Source: Podarcis vaucheri (lineage: Eukaryota). From it: a stretch of DNA of 64,000 bases. The notes under the pieces are model-generated. The model saw only the letters and a program-made list of their open reading frames with translations. It searched no databases and had not been told where the DNA came from. Location: the NCBI GenBank assembly GCA_965113315.1, contig OZ220372.1; one strand, 5' to 3'. Both the position numbers and the translations under genes were made by a program. This document shows positions 23,601-36,390 of the stretch, in pieces; position 1 is the first letter of the stretch; every line of letters starts with the position of its first letter.

Positions 23601-26600
23601 GGGAGGGTGGGGAGGAAAGCTAAGGGGCTTTCGCAAACGTGGAGGGCCCAGCAGGGGTGTGGGCAGGGTATCCTGCAGCTCCGTGGTTGGTCTGGGAGGG
23701 CAGCTGGGGGAAGCATATTGTGGTGGCCTCAAGTGTAACAGCAGCAACATCATCATCATCAACAACAACATCACCATCAAGCCTTTTTGTAAGGGAACGG
23801 CTTGTCAACCTACGTGTAGACCGTCACGGTTGACACTTGCAAACAAGCATGCATTGCTGGTCTTCGGTTTTAAAAAGTGAGAGGAAGGCCTAGAAAGAGA
23901 CAAAGTTTTTTTGTTTTGGATCGCACCCATATCGGCAGTTCAAGGCAAATAGCTTTTCATCTGGATCTGTTCCACAAGAAAGTTTATTAGGCCTCTCCTT
24001 GCTTTGTGGAAGAACTGTAGAGTTTTATGAAGCGACTCTGGATATTTTGCTTGTATCTGAGGCTGCAGTCCAATTCAGGTTTATCTGGGAGTAAATGCAC
24101 ATGCCTAAGATTGCACTGTATGGACTTTATTTTAACTCTGGGGCTGTCAAAGATAGCTGCATGGTACTCAGGTTCTAAACTCTTCATAAAAAATAATTTG
24201 TTCATCAAGATGTTGCACAGCTTTCACTCACACTTGTCACTCACCCAGATAAACTAGTATACCGCTCAGCTGAAGTGTAAATGCAACTTAGATATGATCA
24301 AGCTTGCCCCAAGAATAGCCACCCTAACCTGGATGTGACATACAGACTGCAGATGAAGTTACTCCACTGCTTCTTAAGTATTCAGGGACATTCATTCATC
24401 CATCCAGTGAGAGAGGAGGAAACAATTACCTTGAGTTTTGTGGTAATCTACTAGAGATGCCAGTCTGAAACTTCAAAAATAAGGGAATGTCTACTACTTT
24501 GGTAGTAGTCACTTACAGTTGTATTGAGCTATGATGCTCTGAGGTGGGGGACATTTGTTATAATCTGTGGAGTTGTACTGCTGTAGAACAGAATGTGGTC
24601 CTTAGAGAAAAGGTCATCTTTTAGAAATAGGCTTATTTGCAGCCTTATTTCAGAGTCTAGTCTGGAAGTTCTATGCTTGCAACCAACCAGAGTTTCTCCA
24701 TGACTGTCCATGGAAGAAGACATGAATGTTGTGTGCTGGTAGAGTTCTTTTTGGCATTACTAGCAGTGGGGTGTTACCAAAGTATGAATGGTTGTGAATT
24801 GCAGGCACTGATGTCTATTGTAGGTGGAGAACAGTTAAAGTGACACAGGAGAAATGAGATACATAAAATTAACAAGCTGGTGGTGGAGGAATAGTACTAT
24901 GTCGCACAGCCGTCCTTGATATAATTAATATTAACTATATAATGTACAAATACATTTTGTATAAAGTTATTAAAATGTCATTTTACAAATGCATACTTGT
25001 ACCAGTTCTCCCTCCGTCAATTTGTTTAAGGATTTTGCCTCTTTCATTTGTTAGAAAGCAAAGAATATCTTTATAATTCAGTGGACACAAAGAACTTCCT
25101 GTTTAAATCCCTAGATTCATTCACATTTCATTTCTTTCACCAATGTACCTGATTTGAGCCACGGGACACATTGGGCCTTTGTCTATTTGAGCCATGAGAC
25201 TCATTAAGACTCATTGGGTACTCCAGTGCTCAGCATTGATAACAGTGGTCTAATATAGACTTACAGAGTCATCCTAACCAGGCAGATTTGTCAGGGGGTA
25301 AATTACTTTGCATCCTAACTGCTTCTGGCCAGGGTGTGTGTAGCAAGGGTTTTTTTCGGGGGGGGGGTGCGTGTGCAGTGTAGACTTTCATTTTCTTCCT
25401 TTCCATTGATTCCTGTGCGCTGAATTTAATTACACCCACATTTTCGGCTGCTGAGTTTTGTAGAGCTCTGTGAATCAGTGAATGGAGTTAGCATGCAGCA
25501 CAACTTTGGTTATCCCACTTCTCCCCCTTAATGCAATCCTTTTCTGCCCTCCACACTGGTATAGCTTCTGCTGATTTAACCTCTGCTAGCAGGGCTTTCC
25601 CTTAACAAGTATGAGTAGATACCCTGGACTAGTCATTGATGGCAGCCTGAGTAATGGATGGCAGCCTATTTCCAGCTCCGGTTAACCTCTCTCAGCTATT
25701 ATATCTGGGAGTTAGGATTGCACTATTAACTTTAAAATGAGGTGTTTGCTTTCTATTGATAACATATAATCTAGGCAACAGGAGGACATGCTAGCTTAAT
25801 TTGTGCCTATGTCGGCTATTTTATTTCTGGGGAAATGAGTGGAAAGGTGTCCTTCTTTGTCTCTTTCTCCTGAAATTCTCTAGCTGTTGTTTGCACAAAG
25901 GCCAGCACAAGAACTACCTGCCAGAAAACATGTTGGGTGGTGGGCCAGAGGACTTACTTTCTGGTAGAACTTGGGGCCATCCTGTTGCCCTTCCTCAGAA
26001 TCAGATTTGCTAGCTCAGAATGGTTGCAGTTTGCTATTTAAATCTGCAGGTGAGGATAGACTCCTCCATCCTTAGTAAGCTAATCTGCATATGAAAAAGT
26101 GCAGTTGTTTCTCATCATAGCTACTTAGACAGCACCTGTAACATTGCAGGGAAAGGGAGTACCGCTTTAGTGAAGGTTTCACTTCATAGCAATGAAACTT
26201 AGTTGTAGTCTCCTAATCAGTTGCCTCCCCTCACTTGTTCCTGGGGCAGTTCAGGGAAAGCAAGTAGATGCAAACTCCCTTCACTGGTGATGGGAAACAA
26301 ACTGATGTTTGCTTTTTTTAATGTATAGGAAAAATACGGCTGGTTATTGAGAGAATGAGGAATATCGAGCATGTATTAATAGGTGATCATTTAGTATGCA
26401 AAAAGAACTAGCAGTCTAGCCTAGCAAGTAGCCTCTGAGCCAGAATACCGTTATATTCCACATCCCAGACTGACTTTGAAAGAGAGTGACTGGCAGAAGA
26501 CCACCCAATGAGCAAATCCAAAAACTCTTGGTTCGCACTAAACTCTTAATAACAGATATAGTATGAAGTGATATACGGTAGATTGACAGTCTAATAAATT

Positions 26601-26717
26601 AAGAGAACATTTCATCCAAATACTGACCTATAATTTGTGATATCTCTTTTCTTCATGATGCTGAGTAGTGTTCTTAGTGTACTGTGTATTGGATTGCATT
26701 AGTATGCAGTAGCAACC

Positions 26718-26878
26718 GCTTGGATCAGACCAAATGCCCATCTATTCCAGTATCCTGTTCTAACAGTGACCACCCAAATGTCTTTGGGAAGCCCACAAAC
26801 GGGAACTGAATGTAATAGCATCTTCCCTGTTTGCGCTTTTCACGCAACTAATATTCAGAGGCCTCTGATTCTGGAGGC
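26718..26878 (-). mobile_element. Old CR1-type 3' fragment
   Basis: tggatcagaccaaatgcccatctattccagtatcctgttc...gggaagcccaca; a similar remnant lies at ~59170-59305. Confidence 0.55.
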
Positions 26879-27974
26879 AATACCGAAAATAAATTGTCCC
26901 TGAATATAGGCCACACCCCCTAAAACAAGATCTCTTGGAAAGATACACGCGCGCGCGCACACACACACACACTTAAATTCTGTGCCAGCGCCACATGGTA
27001 CTCTTTAAAATCTGAAAGAACACATGCAGCCTCTAGACTTGTCTCACAATGAATAACTAGCCAGGCAGCCAAGGCTATCTCTTGAGAAGGGTGGGTGATC
27101 CTTTGCAAAAGAGCTGAGGTTCTGTGCAGTTCACAAGGTCTCATATTGATTCCTGGCTTCTCTACTTATAAGACTGCAATTGTAGGGTGCATTCAAGTTT
27201 ATATAAACCAGATTTTGGGGGAAAGTATGGCCTATATTTAGACCAGTATGGTATATAACTGAAGTGACTTAATGAGCCATTGATTGATAGCTTTATGCTT
27301 GAATATACATAGATGGAAGAAACAAGCACATCTTTCGGTTACTTTTTGGGTTACTTTTTGATTCTAATTGTTGGGGATACTTAGCTTGTACTTGCAGTTG
27401 TATTATGAAAATGTTTGTATAGAGGTGCATCTAGTAAATTAAGAGGGGGAAACTTGAAAATTGCATCTGGAGGAGGGTAGAAAGCGTTTTAACTCTTGCT
27501 GGTGCCCTTTGTTTCTAGAAGCTTTGTAAACCTTTATTTAAAAAAAAGAATTGCATTTGCTTCTCTGGCCACATGTTTTGCTTAAACTATTTAGAGACTA
27601 TGAGGTAAATTGTTTTAAAAAGAGAATTGCTGTGTACACTTCCTTCTGATCTGCCAAGTTAGGAAAATACTCTAAACTGAAACTGTTCTTTACAGAAATG
27701 TCTTACTTTGCTGAGTGCTACTTGGACAAGTAACTGTGTGCTTGATGCTCCTTTCTGTTGCTGACACTGACTGTGTTCCCACTCTTTGAAAACTGTGTGA
27801 TTTATTCATTGCAATTTGATGTTTTCTGCTACAGCTCTTGATTGCCTCTATGACTCTGGTTGGTGGCCCCAAGTGGATGTTCATTCTCTTGCTGAGGCAC
27901 ACTAATGTTCCATTTAGCTTCTGGAATTTGTCCCATTTTGTGTGACTCTCTGTTACCTTCTGATATGCAATTAG

Positions 27975-28103
27975 CCACATAATTGTGGAATCTGTTCCGG
28001 AAGTCCGTTCGACTTCCAAAACCTTCGAAAACTGGAACCAAACTGGAACTTGGGAGCCAAAATGTTTGAGAATTAGGCTGTTTGATTCCAAGGTACGACT
28101 GTA
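27975..28103. mobile_element. Tc1/mariner (Tigger-like) MITE remnant
   Basis: Ends ccaaggtacgactgTA; related ends at 36270-36390 and 63904 onward. Confidence 0.6.
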
Positions 28104-29109
28104 TAGGACACAGAATGCTTAATTAACACAGAATCCTTGCACATGAGACTTTAGCATCCTGTTGAGTCAATCTGTTTCATGCAGGCAAAACATGAACAGT
28201 TCTAGCAAACTGTAAGAAAATTGTAGCAAGAGACATAAGTTTGCAATGAACTTGAAATTTCTCAAATTGGAACTAATATCCTATGGCAACTATTTTAATG
28301 TAACTTTTCCTTTGCCTCCCATCCAATATATATAGAATATCTCTTGGGCCTTAAATGTCACAGTAGCCCAGTTTTTCTTGCAATACTGGAAAAAAATAAT
28401 ATTTACAGGTATGCAAATATGTCCATGATTGTGGCCTACCTAATCACATTTTAGGAGTCTTTATATTACAAAATACACATTTTAGCATCCATAGGAAAAA
28501 ATGACTTTTGTTTTGATTTACAGTTTTTAATACTGAACATATGAAAACTTACTTTTCAGGAAACCAGAAGCATGTCCTACATACCCTGCTGCTCAGGAGT
28601 CTTAGAAATTTTATGGGTTGGAAAGTGCTGCGTATTATCTCATCATTCCTGCTCGCCTTAAGAATAATATCTTATGTGTTAGTTAGTCCAGACATATTTC
28701 TTCAGTTTATTCTTAAGGGCATACTTTTCAGTTCTTTATGTTCGGATTCTCTGTCTCCACATGAGTTGCTTTGTGAGGGTAAAAGGCATACCTGGACAAT
28801 CAAGTGGAGCCATCACCTGCTATAGTCAGTTGTATGGGAATAGGAATAAAGAAGGAGAATCGAACTCTTCACTAATGTGCCATAGTAGTTATGACATTGG
28901 TAATGCTATGTTCATAGAGATGGAACAACAATAATGGTACAAATACTGTCAGAAAATGATTGTGCTTAAGAGAAAACCCATTCATTGTGCAGTACTAACT
29001 GCAGTTTCCTCCTGATCAGACTCTTACAGCCTAAAATGTGGAACTCCATCTATTACAACTCACTTTCCTAGGGAATACAGACCTCACCATAGCCATAAAT
29101 ACCTTGATA

Positions 29110-29500
29110 AGGTCGAGATTGGATTACTGTAACATCATTTAAAAGGATGCCTTCCAAAAGAATCCAGAAACTTCAATTGATGTAGAATGTAGTTTGGCTT
29201 CTCATAGGAGCCAGAGTTTATGATCACATAACACCCATATTGTGCCATCTTCACGGGATCCCTCATATTGTTTTTTGCATCTAATCCAAAGTGATTGTGC
29301 TAGCCTTCAAAACTCACAGTATCTTAGGGACTGCAGTATCTAAAAGATGCTGTCTTCCATATGTACCACATATGGAACCACATGCTTCAGTCCTCAGCGG
29401 AGGCCCTACTTTCTGTCCTGGCTCAACAGAAGTGAAGTGGTGGGAGACATTCTTTCTGATGGTACCTGTATTCTGAATGACTTTGCCCCATGAAATTTAG
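29110..29500 (+). mobile_element. L2 LINE ORF2 3' fragment, degenerate
   Basis: RLDYCN...LP...IQKLQL-like coding remnant followed by gatcacataacacccata (DHITP). Confidence 0.7.
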
Positions 29501-30675
29501 CTACAACCCCCTTCTTTCTCTGCTACTCAAAAGGACATTTTCTTGAGTGGTTGCTCTGCATTTTGTTTTCCATTAAGGGATTTTGTTGTGGATATTTTAT
29601 ATGTTATTTGTACAGTGTGTTTAATTGTTATGATGGTTAGCTGTCTTGAAGATCTTATTTTGTGGACAAACATTTTTGGGATGCATTTTAAAAATATAAG
29701 CCAGTAGTTAATAATAATGCATATGCTCTACAAATGCTGTGATAGGTTTCTGACTTTTTCTATATTTATCACAAAGGTTACAGTGAGTTGTCATTCCTAT
29801 TGTCCTCCGTTAGACTATTACCACTTCAGTTTGTAGACAGTGCGGAGGTAGCATGTAATCCTACAACAGTGATAAACAACAACAACCACAATTTTGCTAT
29901 ACAAATGTTGTTTATACGGTACATGATATACTTTAATTTTGGGGTGACAACAGAACTCTGAAAGCAACAATTAGGTGCAAGAGGCTAATTTAGAGGCAGT
30001 GTGCAATATATCTCATATGTTTCATTCTTTATCCGTTGCAGCAGCAGACAGCTTTAGGTAGTTAGGGTTTCGTTATCTAATCCATCACTGATCAGCCTGG
30101 ATAAACCCTGTTTGGCCAGTACTGATCTTGTTAGTGGGGTGGTATAAAGCTGCTTGAGCTGGGATTGGAGCAAATCGGATCATGGCTGCTATATGAATCC
30201 AGGACTTATTTCTTGCAGCCAGGGATGAAGGGGGAAAGAAATAGCTGCAGCATATTGACTGACCATTGAAAGTGGTTTCTTTCAAGCTGTGTTAAATGGC
30301 AGATTACGCTGAGGAGGTTTGGGTGAAGTCATAGAGAGTCATCCACATGTAATCCTAATGCTGTTTTCTTCCCAAGGGATAGTGGAAGTGCTGCTCTGGT
30401 ATTCTATCCATGCACAATCTAGTTTTGCATTGTCACTTCACTAACTCTGTATATGCACATAGGTGCAGGTAGGTTGATTGATATGAATGCATGGGTAAGG
30501 CAGCATGGTTTGCAAAACGATTTTGGTGCACATGTACAAATTGCTGCGTTCAAAGCAGTGTTCTTGTATGCCAAACCAACCAGAGACAGGGAGCCACAGA
30601 AGGACTGTGCAGTCTTCAGGATTGTTGCCATCTTATAATATTCTCAGCACTTTGGGGGCCTTCTGTGCTGAAATA

Positions 30676-30949
30676 CAGTGGTACCTCGGGTTAGAGACGC
30701 TTCAGGTTATAGACGCTTCAGGTTACAGACACTTCAGGTTATAGATGCTTCAAGTTACAGACTCTGCTAGCCCAAAAATAGTACCTCGGGTTAAGAACTT
30801 TGCTTCAGGATGAGAACAGAAATTGCGTGGTGGCGGCGCGGCAGCAGCGGGAGGCCCCATTAGCTAAAGTGGTACCTTAGGTTAAGAACAGTTTCAGGTT
30901 AAGAACGGACCTCTGGAACGAATTAAGTTCTTAACCCGAGGTACCACTG
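30676..30949 (+). mobile_element. Tc1/mariner (Tigger-like) MITE, 274 bp
   Basis: TIR CAGTGGTACCTCGGGTTA at both ends, TA TSD, internal 16-bp repeats (agacgcttcaggttat). Confidence 0.9.
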
Positions 30950-33736
30950 TACACATATGCATATGTGCTTACATCACCCCCCCCACCCCATTCTGGAGAA
31001 GCAGTTTCTTTTAAAAATGTATTTGTTTATTTATTCAGCCAATTGTATACTATCCTTTATCCAAAGACTACAGGGCATTTTACAGCATAATAAACAACAT
31101 AAAATGCATGCTTAACAATATCCATGAAATGTAAAAGTTGAAAACATTTATATTGGTACAGTTTCTAACAAGCATGATCATCAAATTCTTCCTAAATTAT
31201 TTAAGTCACTAATACCCTCATCCGGAAGCCTGCTGCAGGAGGCGCGTCTTCAGCTGTTCCCTGAAAGAAAAGAATGATGTGGCCAAGTACTTATCCACTG
31301 GGGAGAGGGTTCCACACATATGAAATCACCACTGAACGTATCATTCCAAGAGTCTGTGCACTAAGCACTGATCCTGCACCTAGCATCTCCTGCATATGAG
31401 GTCTGCAAAGGTTTTGTGGGTTCCCTGTATTTTCTGTTCATATTGGAATGTATGAATTTGCCATTTGTACTTGGTTCCATTTACAATACACCATTGGCTG
31501 CATTTTTGGTTTCTTACTGCAGCTTGCTGCTGTGCCTTGCTACCTGCTGTGCCGCATGGGAACTGATCAGTTCAGTGCTTAAAAAAACAAAAACAAAAAA
31601 TACCCTCTCTTTTACTGCCCTCCTTTTCTAACTTCCTCATAAGTCTCAAAAGCTTTTCAAAGAATTGCTTGTGTGAAGAAGGGCTTGTTCTTGATTAAAA
31701 AGAAAATGAGAAACTGGAGTTCTTTTCATAGTTTGTGCACTGCTCCCAGTTCAAAGCACAATTGTTGGTTAAATGGCACTGGTTACGAAGGGAAAGAGTT
31801 TTGGTCCTTCCCATGTCCAGTGTTATGAGTGGTACCAGAATCACCTAAACTTAAGGATACACTACAGCCCTGTACACAGAGTTACAGGGCCTACTGCCTG
31901 TATTCCCCCCAGTTGTTGTGCTGCTGCTACTCGTGACTCCTGATAACTAAGAGTATTGTGATACTTTAAACATCAACAAACTTACACAGCATCTAATCCC
32001 CAAGTGACGGGCTTTTAGTCTTAAACCAAGTGCAGAGGCCCTGTTCCTGAATGCAGCAGACTTTGTCTAGTATACCTCAAGGCATACTTAGTGGTGACTG
32101 GTGTGTCCTAGCTTTTTTCCTTTCAGATAATGGAAGATGCATTGCCTAGAGTCTGTGGACCCAGGCCTAGTGAGGGGAGAAGGAAAATGGGCTCGAAGGG
32201 ACAATAAAGGTGGCCGGTAGGCAGCAGTTAGGCTGGGGTTGAGAGATGTTGGAGAGCAAGAACCTGATTGGTTTCTTCCCCATATGTGCACTGTAGCCTA
32301 ATCAAATTGTCAAATTGATGTTTGATTGTACTACAGGAAGACTAGTGAAGTGGGACATAGTGTTACATGATGCCTTTTTACAGAATATATCTGCCCTCTT
32401 TGAATTCGCTTGCCTCTTGTCTGTATAGTTTAGTTTTGACATGATGATGATACAATAAAAAAAATGGAATATTTTGCCTCTGTAGTGAGGAGATCCCTTA
32501 CATTAGTGAAATGATGAATCTGTATGTGGCATGGACCTGAAATCTTTATTATTACACAACACTGTGTTTATTGCACCATGAAGAACAACCTGCATGTTAT
32601 ATGCATTTTTATTCTCTCTGTGAAGTGTATGGTGATAACCACTGCTTTCAGTATTTAATCTCCAGTGCTTGAATAAAATGTTTGCTGAGCAAACCGTTTT
32701 GTTATTTTTCACAAAAATGTTTTCATTTTCTGTTTTCTGAAGACTGTATATCTGCTTTCTGTTCAATATATGAGTTGGATATCCTGAGGCTCGATAAAAC
32801 CAGGGCTGCATTTATACTAAGGTTTTGTCACAAAATTGTTAGGTGCACAAAATTTCAACACTGGTGTTTCGTTAATACAGCTGCGCTCTTCCGTTGCTGG
32901 GCTCCATTGAAAATGGCTTCTCCATGTGAACCAGATGCGATCTCTTGGGTGATGTGGATGCAATTAGGCAGTTGAATGTTCATGTGTACGCCATGCATGC
33001 GTTTCCCTCCCTGCTTCCCCCCACCGCATGGCCCTGGGCTCTGGCAATCCATGCTATGCCACTGAAGTTCTGTACTCACAAAGTCTCTCTCTCTCAAAAA
33101 AAAAAAAATTCCTTGTTCACATCTCCATTTTGTCCTGAGAGAACAGCCTGAGTGATCTATGGGTTTGAATTCAGATTTCATTCACTGCTCTTTCCCCCAT
33201 CACCAGTAATTGAAGCTGTGCTCAGGACTTTCATATAATCATGCATCTCCTCCACAATTATCAGCCGCAATATAATCACTGGTATAGTTGCTGATAATGG
33301 TGGAGTTGCAGAAGTCTGAAAGCAATAATAATGCTAAGAGCTGGACAAATTATAAGTGTAGTGTTGTTGTTTTTGTCTATTCCTGTTTGTCAAAGTGTTT
33401 GTGCTTTTGTCTAGTTGATTAAAAAAGTTATCAGGAGCCGCCTGACTTGTGACGGGTTGATAAGTAGGTATTTGTGATGAATCTGGCAATCTTTAAGTCT
33501 TGCTTATTCAGATACTAGATTATTACACCTTATGTGCATGCATAATGGTCTCCTTTGAGTGATTACATCTAAGGGGTAAGAAGAGCATCCAGTAATGAAG
33601 TGAGTGGGCCAATTAGAGGCAACTAGTTCCACTTCGCTGGAGCATTTTTTTTGAGAGCTCCATTTTATAGTTGCATTGAAGTGACTCTGAAGTGCAGTTG
33701 TCACAAGACAATGCCACTGCCCAAGGATTAGAACTT

Positions 33737-33978
33737 TAGTGGTACCTCGGGTTAAGTACTTTGTTTGTTCCGGAGGTCTGTTCTTAACCTGAAACTGTTC
33801 TTAACCTGAAGGACCACTTTAGCTAATGGGGCTTCCTGCTGCTGCCGCGCCGCCGGAGCACGATTTCCTTTCTCATCCTGAAGCAAAGTTCTTAACCTGA
33901 GGCACTATTTCTGGGTTAGCGGTGTCTGTAACCTGAAGCGTATGTAACCTGAAGCGTCTGTAGCCCGAGGTACCACTG
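33737..33978 (-). mobile_element. Same Tigger-like MITE family, inverted copy
   Basis: agtggtacctcgggtta...cccgaggtaccactgTA; interior is the reverse complement of 30676-30949. Confidence 0.88.
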
Positions 33979-35473
33979 TACTTTGTTGCATTCTGAGATT
34001 TAACACATTCTCTTCTCCTTTTCTATTTTTAGTACACTCGCTTCTAAATTCAAGGCAGCGCACAGTTGCTGTTGAAGACATTTGAGTTTTTCTTTTTCTT
34101 GGTGTTTTAGATTCAAGTTACGTTATTTGAGAGCAAGACAACTAAACTTTTCTGTGTGTATGTGGATGACCTGTCCCCCACACAGCCCTTTTCTCATTTT
34201 AAATGTAGGGAGAGGCCTTTATACTCTAAATTTCTATCTGTGCAGCTAAATATTGATATGCAGCTGCATCAGAAGTTTCCACAGGCCTTTACCTGACAGT
34301 TGCCTATATTTCATGGTGCTTGTTCTCATTTTGAAATCTATCCAGACCTTTAGGGACCACTCACATTAGGATGTGGTGCTTGTGTAATGGGGTTGTTTTT
34401 TTTGGGGGGGGGGGAGGATTGTGACAAATGCCTCTATCCTTAGATCATTTGAATAGTGTATTGGCCTAAGAATTGGGCATACTCGTTTTTAATAGCTGTA
34501 ATATTAGGATATCTCCAGTGATGCAGATAGCATTTACAACTTTGGTGTCTTCATTGGGGAAGATTTATATCAGCTTTGATATTGCTATTTATGTTAATCT
34601 GGTTGTTAGAAATTATTTTCATACCTAGCCTGATGGGGGAGCACATTTTTTTTAAAAAAAATATTTTTACTTGGGTGTCGTGTACATAATAGAACTTGTA
34701 CCATTCTAATCATTTGAGCACTTTCTGGTTTTTTGTTGATATTTTCCCTCTCGGTGCAATTAATGTATTGCGCAAGACGTATCTGAGAAGTATCTTCTGG
34801 GGATAGTAATTAAAAGCCTAGTGGATTTACCCCCCCTCCCTTTCCCCATTATGGCTGTGTCAGGTTTTTCCTATGGTGCTTGTCTGGAGCATAACAAAAC
34901 TGCTATTTAGGTGCTGTGCTGTAAAAAGCAGGAAAAGAGCAGTTGGGATGGGACCCACTTGCTTTCTTTTCAGTATATGCTCAGGTTCCTTTCTGTGTTA
35001 CAACAGAAGTGGACTAAATAAGTGCCCTTATGTAATGTCCCTCTGTAACATCAACAAATTTATCTTTCCCTGGAGGCTTTTCAGGTCCTGAGATCTGAAC
35101 TCAGCTGAAACTCTTCCTGCAAGTCAGAGATGCAAAGGCTTTTTTAGGGGTTTGCTTATTTTAGGAGGCATTTGCAGATACATACTACCATCAGGAAGTA
35201 TGCCCAGAAGTGCTGACCCAACAAGGTCTCACTTAGGTTTTATTTAGTATCATGTGGGATAGTCGGAGACTGTAACTATGATGGCAGGCGTATCATTTGG
35301 TGTCTGTGGTTGTGGTTAGGGGGTGGGTGGGGCTTCTCTGCATTTAGCCCTTCCTACTTCTGATGGAAACACTGAAAGTGTACGTTAGCTTGTAGCTTTT
35401 AAATATTTCCCTCTTCAGTCAGATACGATGTAGTCAGGAGCAGAATATGCAAACATTTTCTGTGTGTGCCGTT

Positions 35474-35524
35474 TCTCTCTCTCTTCTCTCTTTTCTCTCT
35501 CTCTTCTCTCTTTTCTCTCTTCTC
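35474..35524. repeat. CT-rich simple repeat
   Basis: Seen directly. Confidence 0.9.
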
Positions 35525-36269
35525 ACATAAAGAAAATTGTTACTGTGTCTGGGGTAGGAGGATATCTGCTTTTGAAAAAAGTTCTTCGTTCTTATTTGTG
35601 TGTTCCACACAAAACGATTGGTACAGACTGAAGAAGCAAGATGCGTAACTTCTGTTAATGTTCTGCCTCACATTAATTTTTCAGGGGGGTAGGGAAATCT
35701 TGACATGGCATAATGCCACGACTACTTCTGAGTCTTCCGAACCAGGAAGTGGCTTTTTGTATCGACTTATAAGTCTGAAAGAGTTCTGCAAAGCAAACTA
35801 ATGTAGTATTTCCTGTGGTTTGTTTCTTCCCTTATGAAAACTGTTGTTTCAGGATCATACAGGGAATTATGAATGAAATTGCTGAATTGTGTTCTGTATG
35901 AGGAACAGTTTTTAAAATGATGACTTAGATCACTAAGCAGATGCCATCCTCTTAAACAGTAGTTTTGAACAGACTTTCCCCCTTCGTAGTTTACAGATAA
36001 TTTCTAACCCTGACTGGGCCAGCAGCATGATGGAATGGTGTAGCCATAGCTTCATCCACAGCACTTTAGTTTATGCCAGATGTGGGCAGGCTAAACCCTG
36101 CTCTGTGCTATGCTGTCCAGGGAGCTAGTGTAGCGGTTGGTTCCGGTTCAGCCCCAGTGCCACCAAATGATGTTTATGGAGCTGACTCCAGTGGATCCCA
36201 GGCTGGCTGAGCCTCTTCCTGCCCCTTAGATGTCTCATTTTGGAAGCTCCTGCAGCCAACTGGAACCCA

Positions 36270-36390
36270 TGCTGGACATTCGGCTTCCGAAAATTGTTCA
36301 AAAACCAGAACACTCATTTCTGAGTTCCGATTGTTCGGGAGACGATTTGTTCGGGAACCAAGGCATTTGAGATCCAAGGTATGACTCTAC
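36270..36390. mobile_element. Tigger-like MITE remnant (family of 27975-28103)
   Basis: ttcggcttccgaaa...ttgttcgggaaccaaggcatttgagatccaaggtatgactcta. Confidence 0.55.

Noticed and set aside
22490-23880. Long overlapping ORFs (311, 241, 243, 169, 149 aa) on both strands
   Set aside because: By-products of the stop-poor CpG island; only 23148-23318 matches a known protein and ends at a splice donor.
26881-27252. Degenerate Tc2-like MITE (taccg...aatataggcc / ggcctatatt...tatggta)
   Set aside because: The TIR match is partial and the interior is interrupted; too weak to list as a feature.
30695-30765. Regularly spaced 16-bp repeats as a CRISPR-like array
   Set aside because: They are contiguous internal repeats of a MITE with no unique spacers, in a vertebrate genome.
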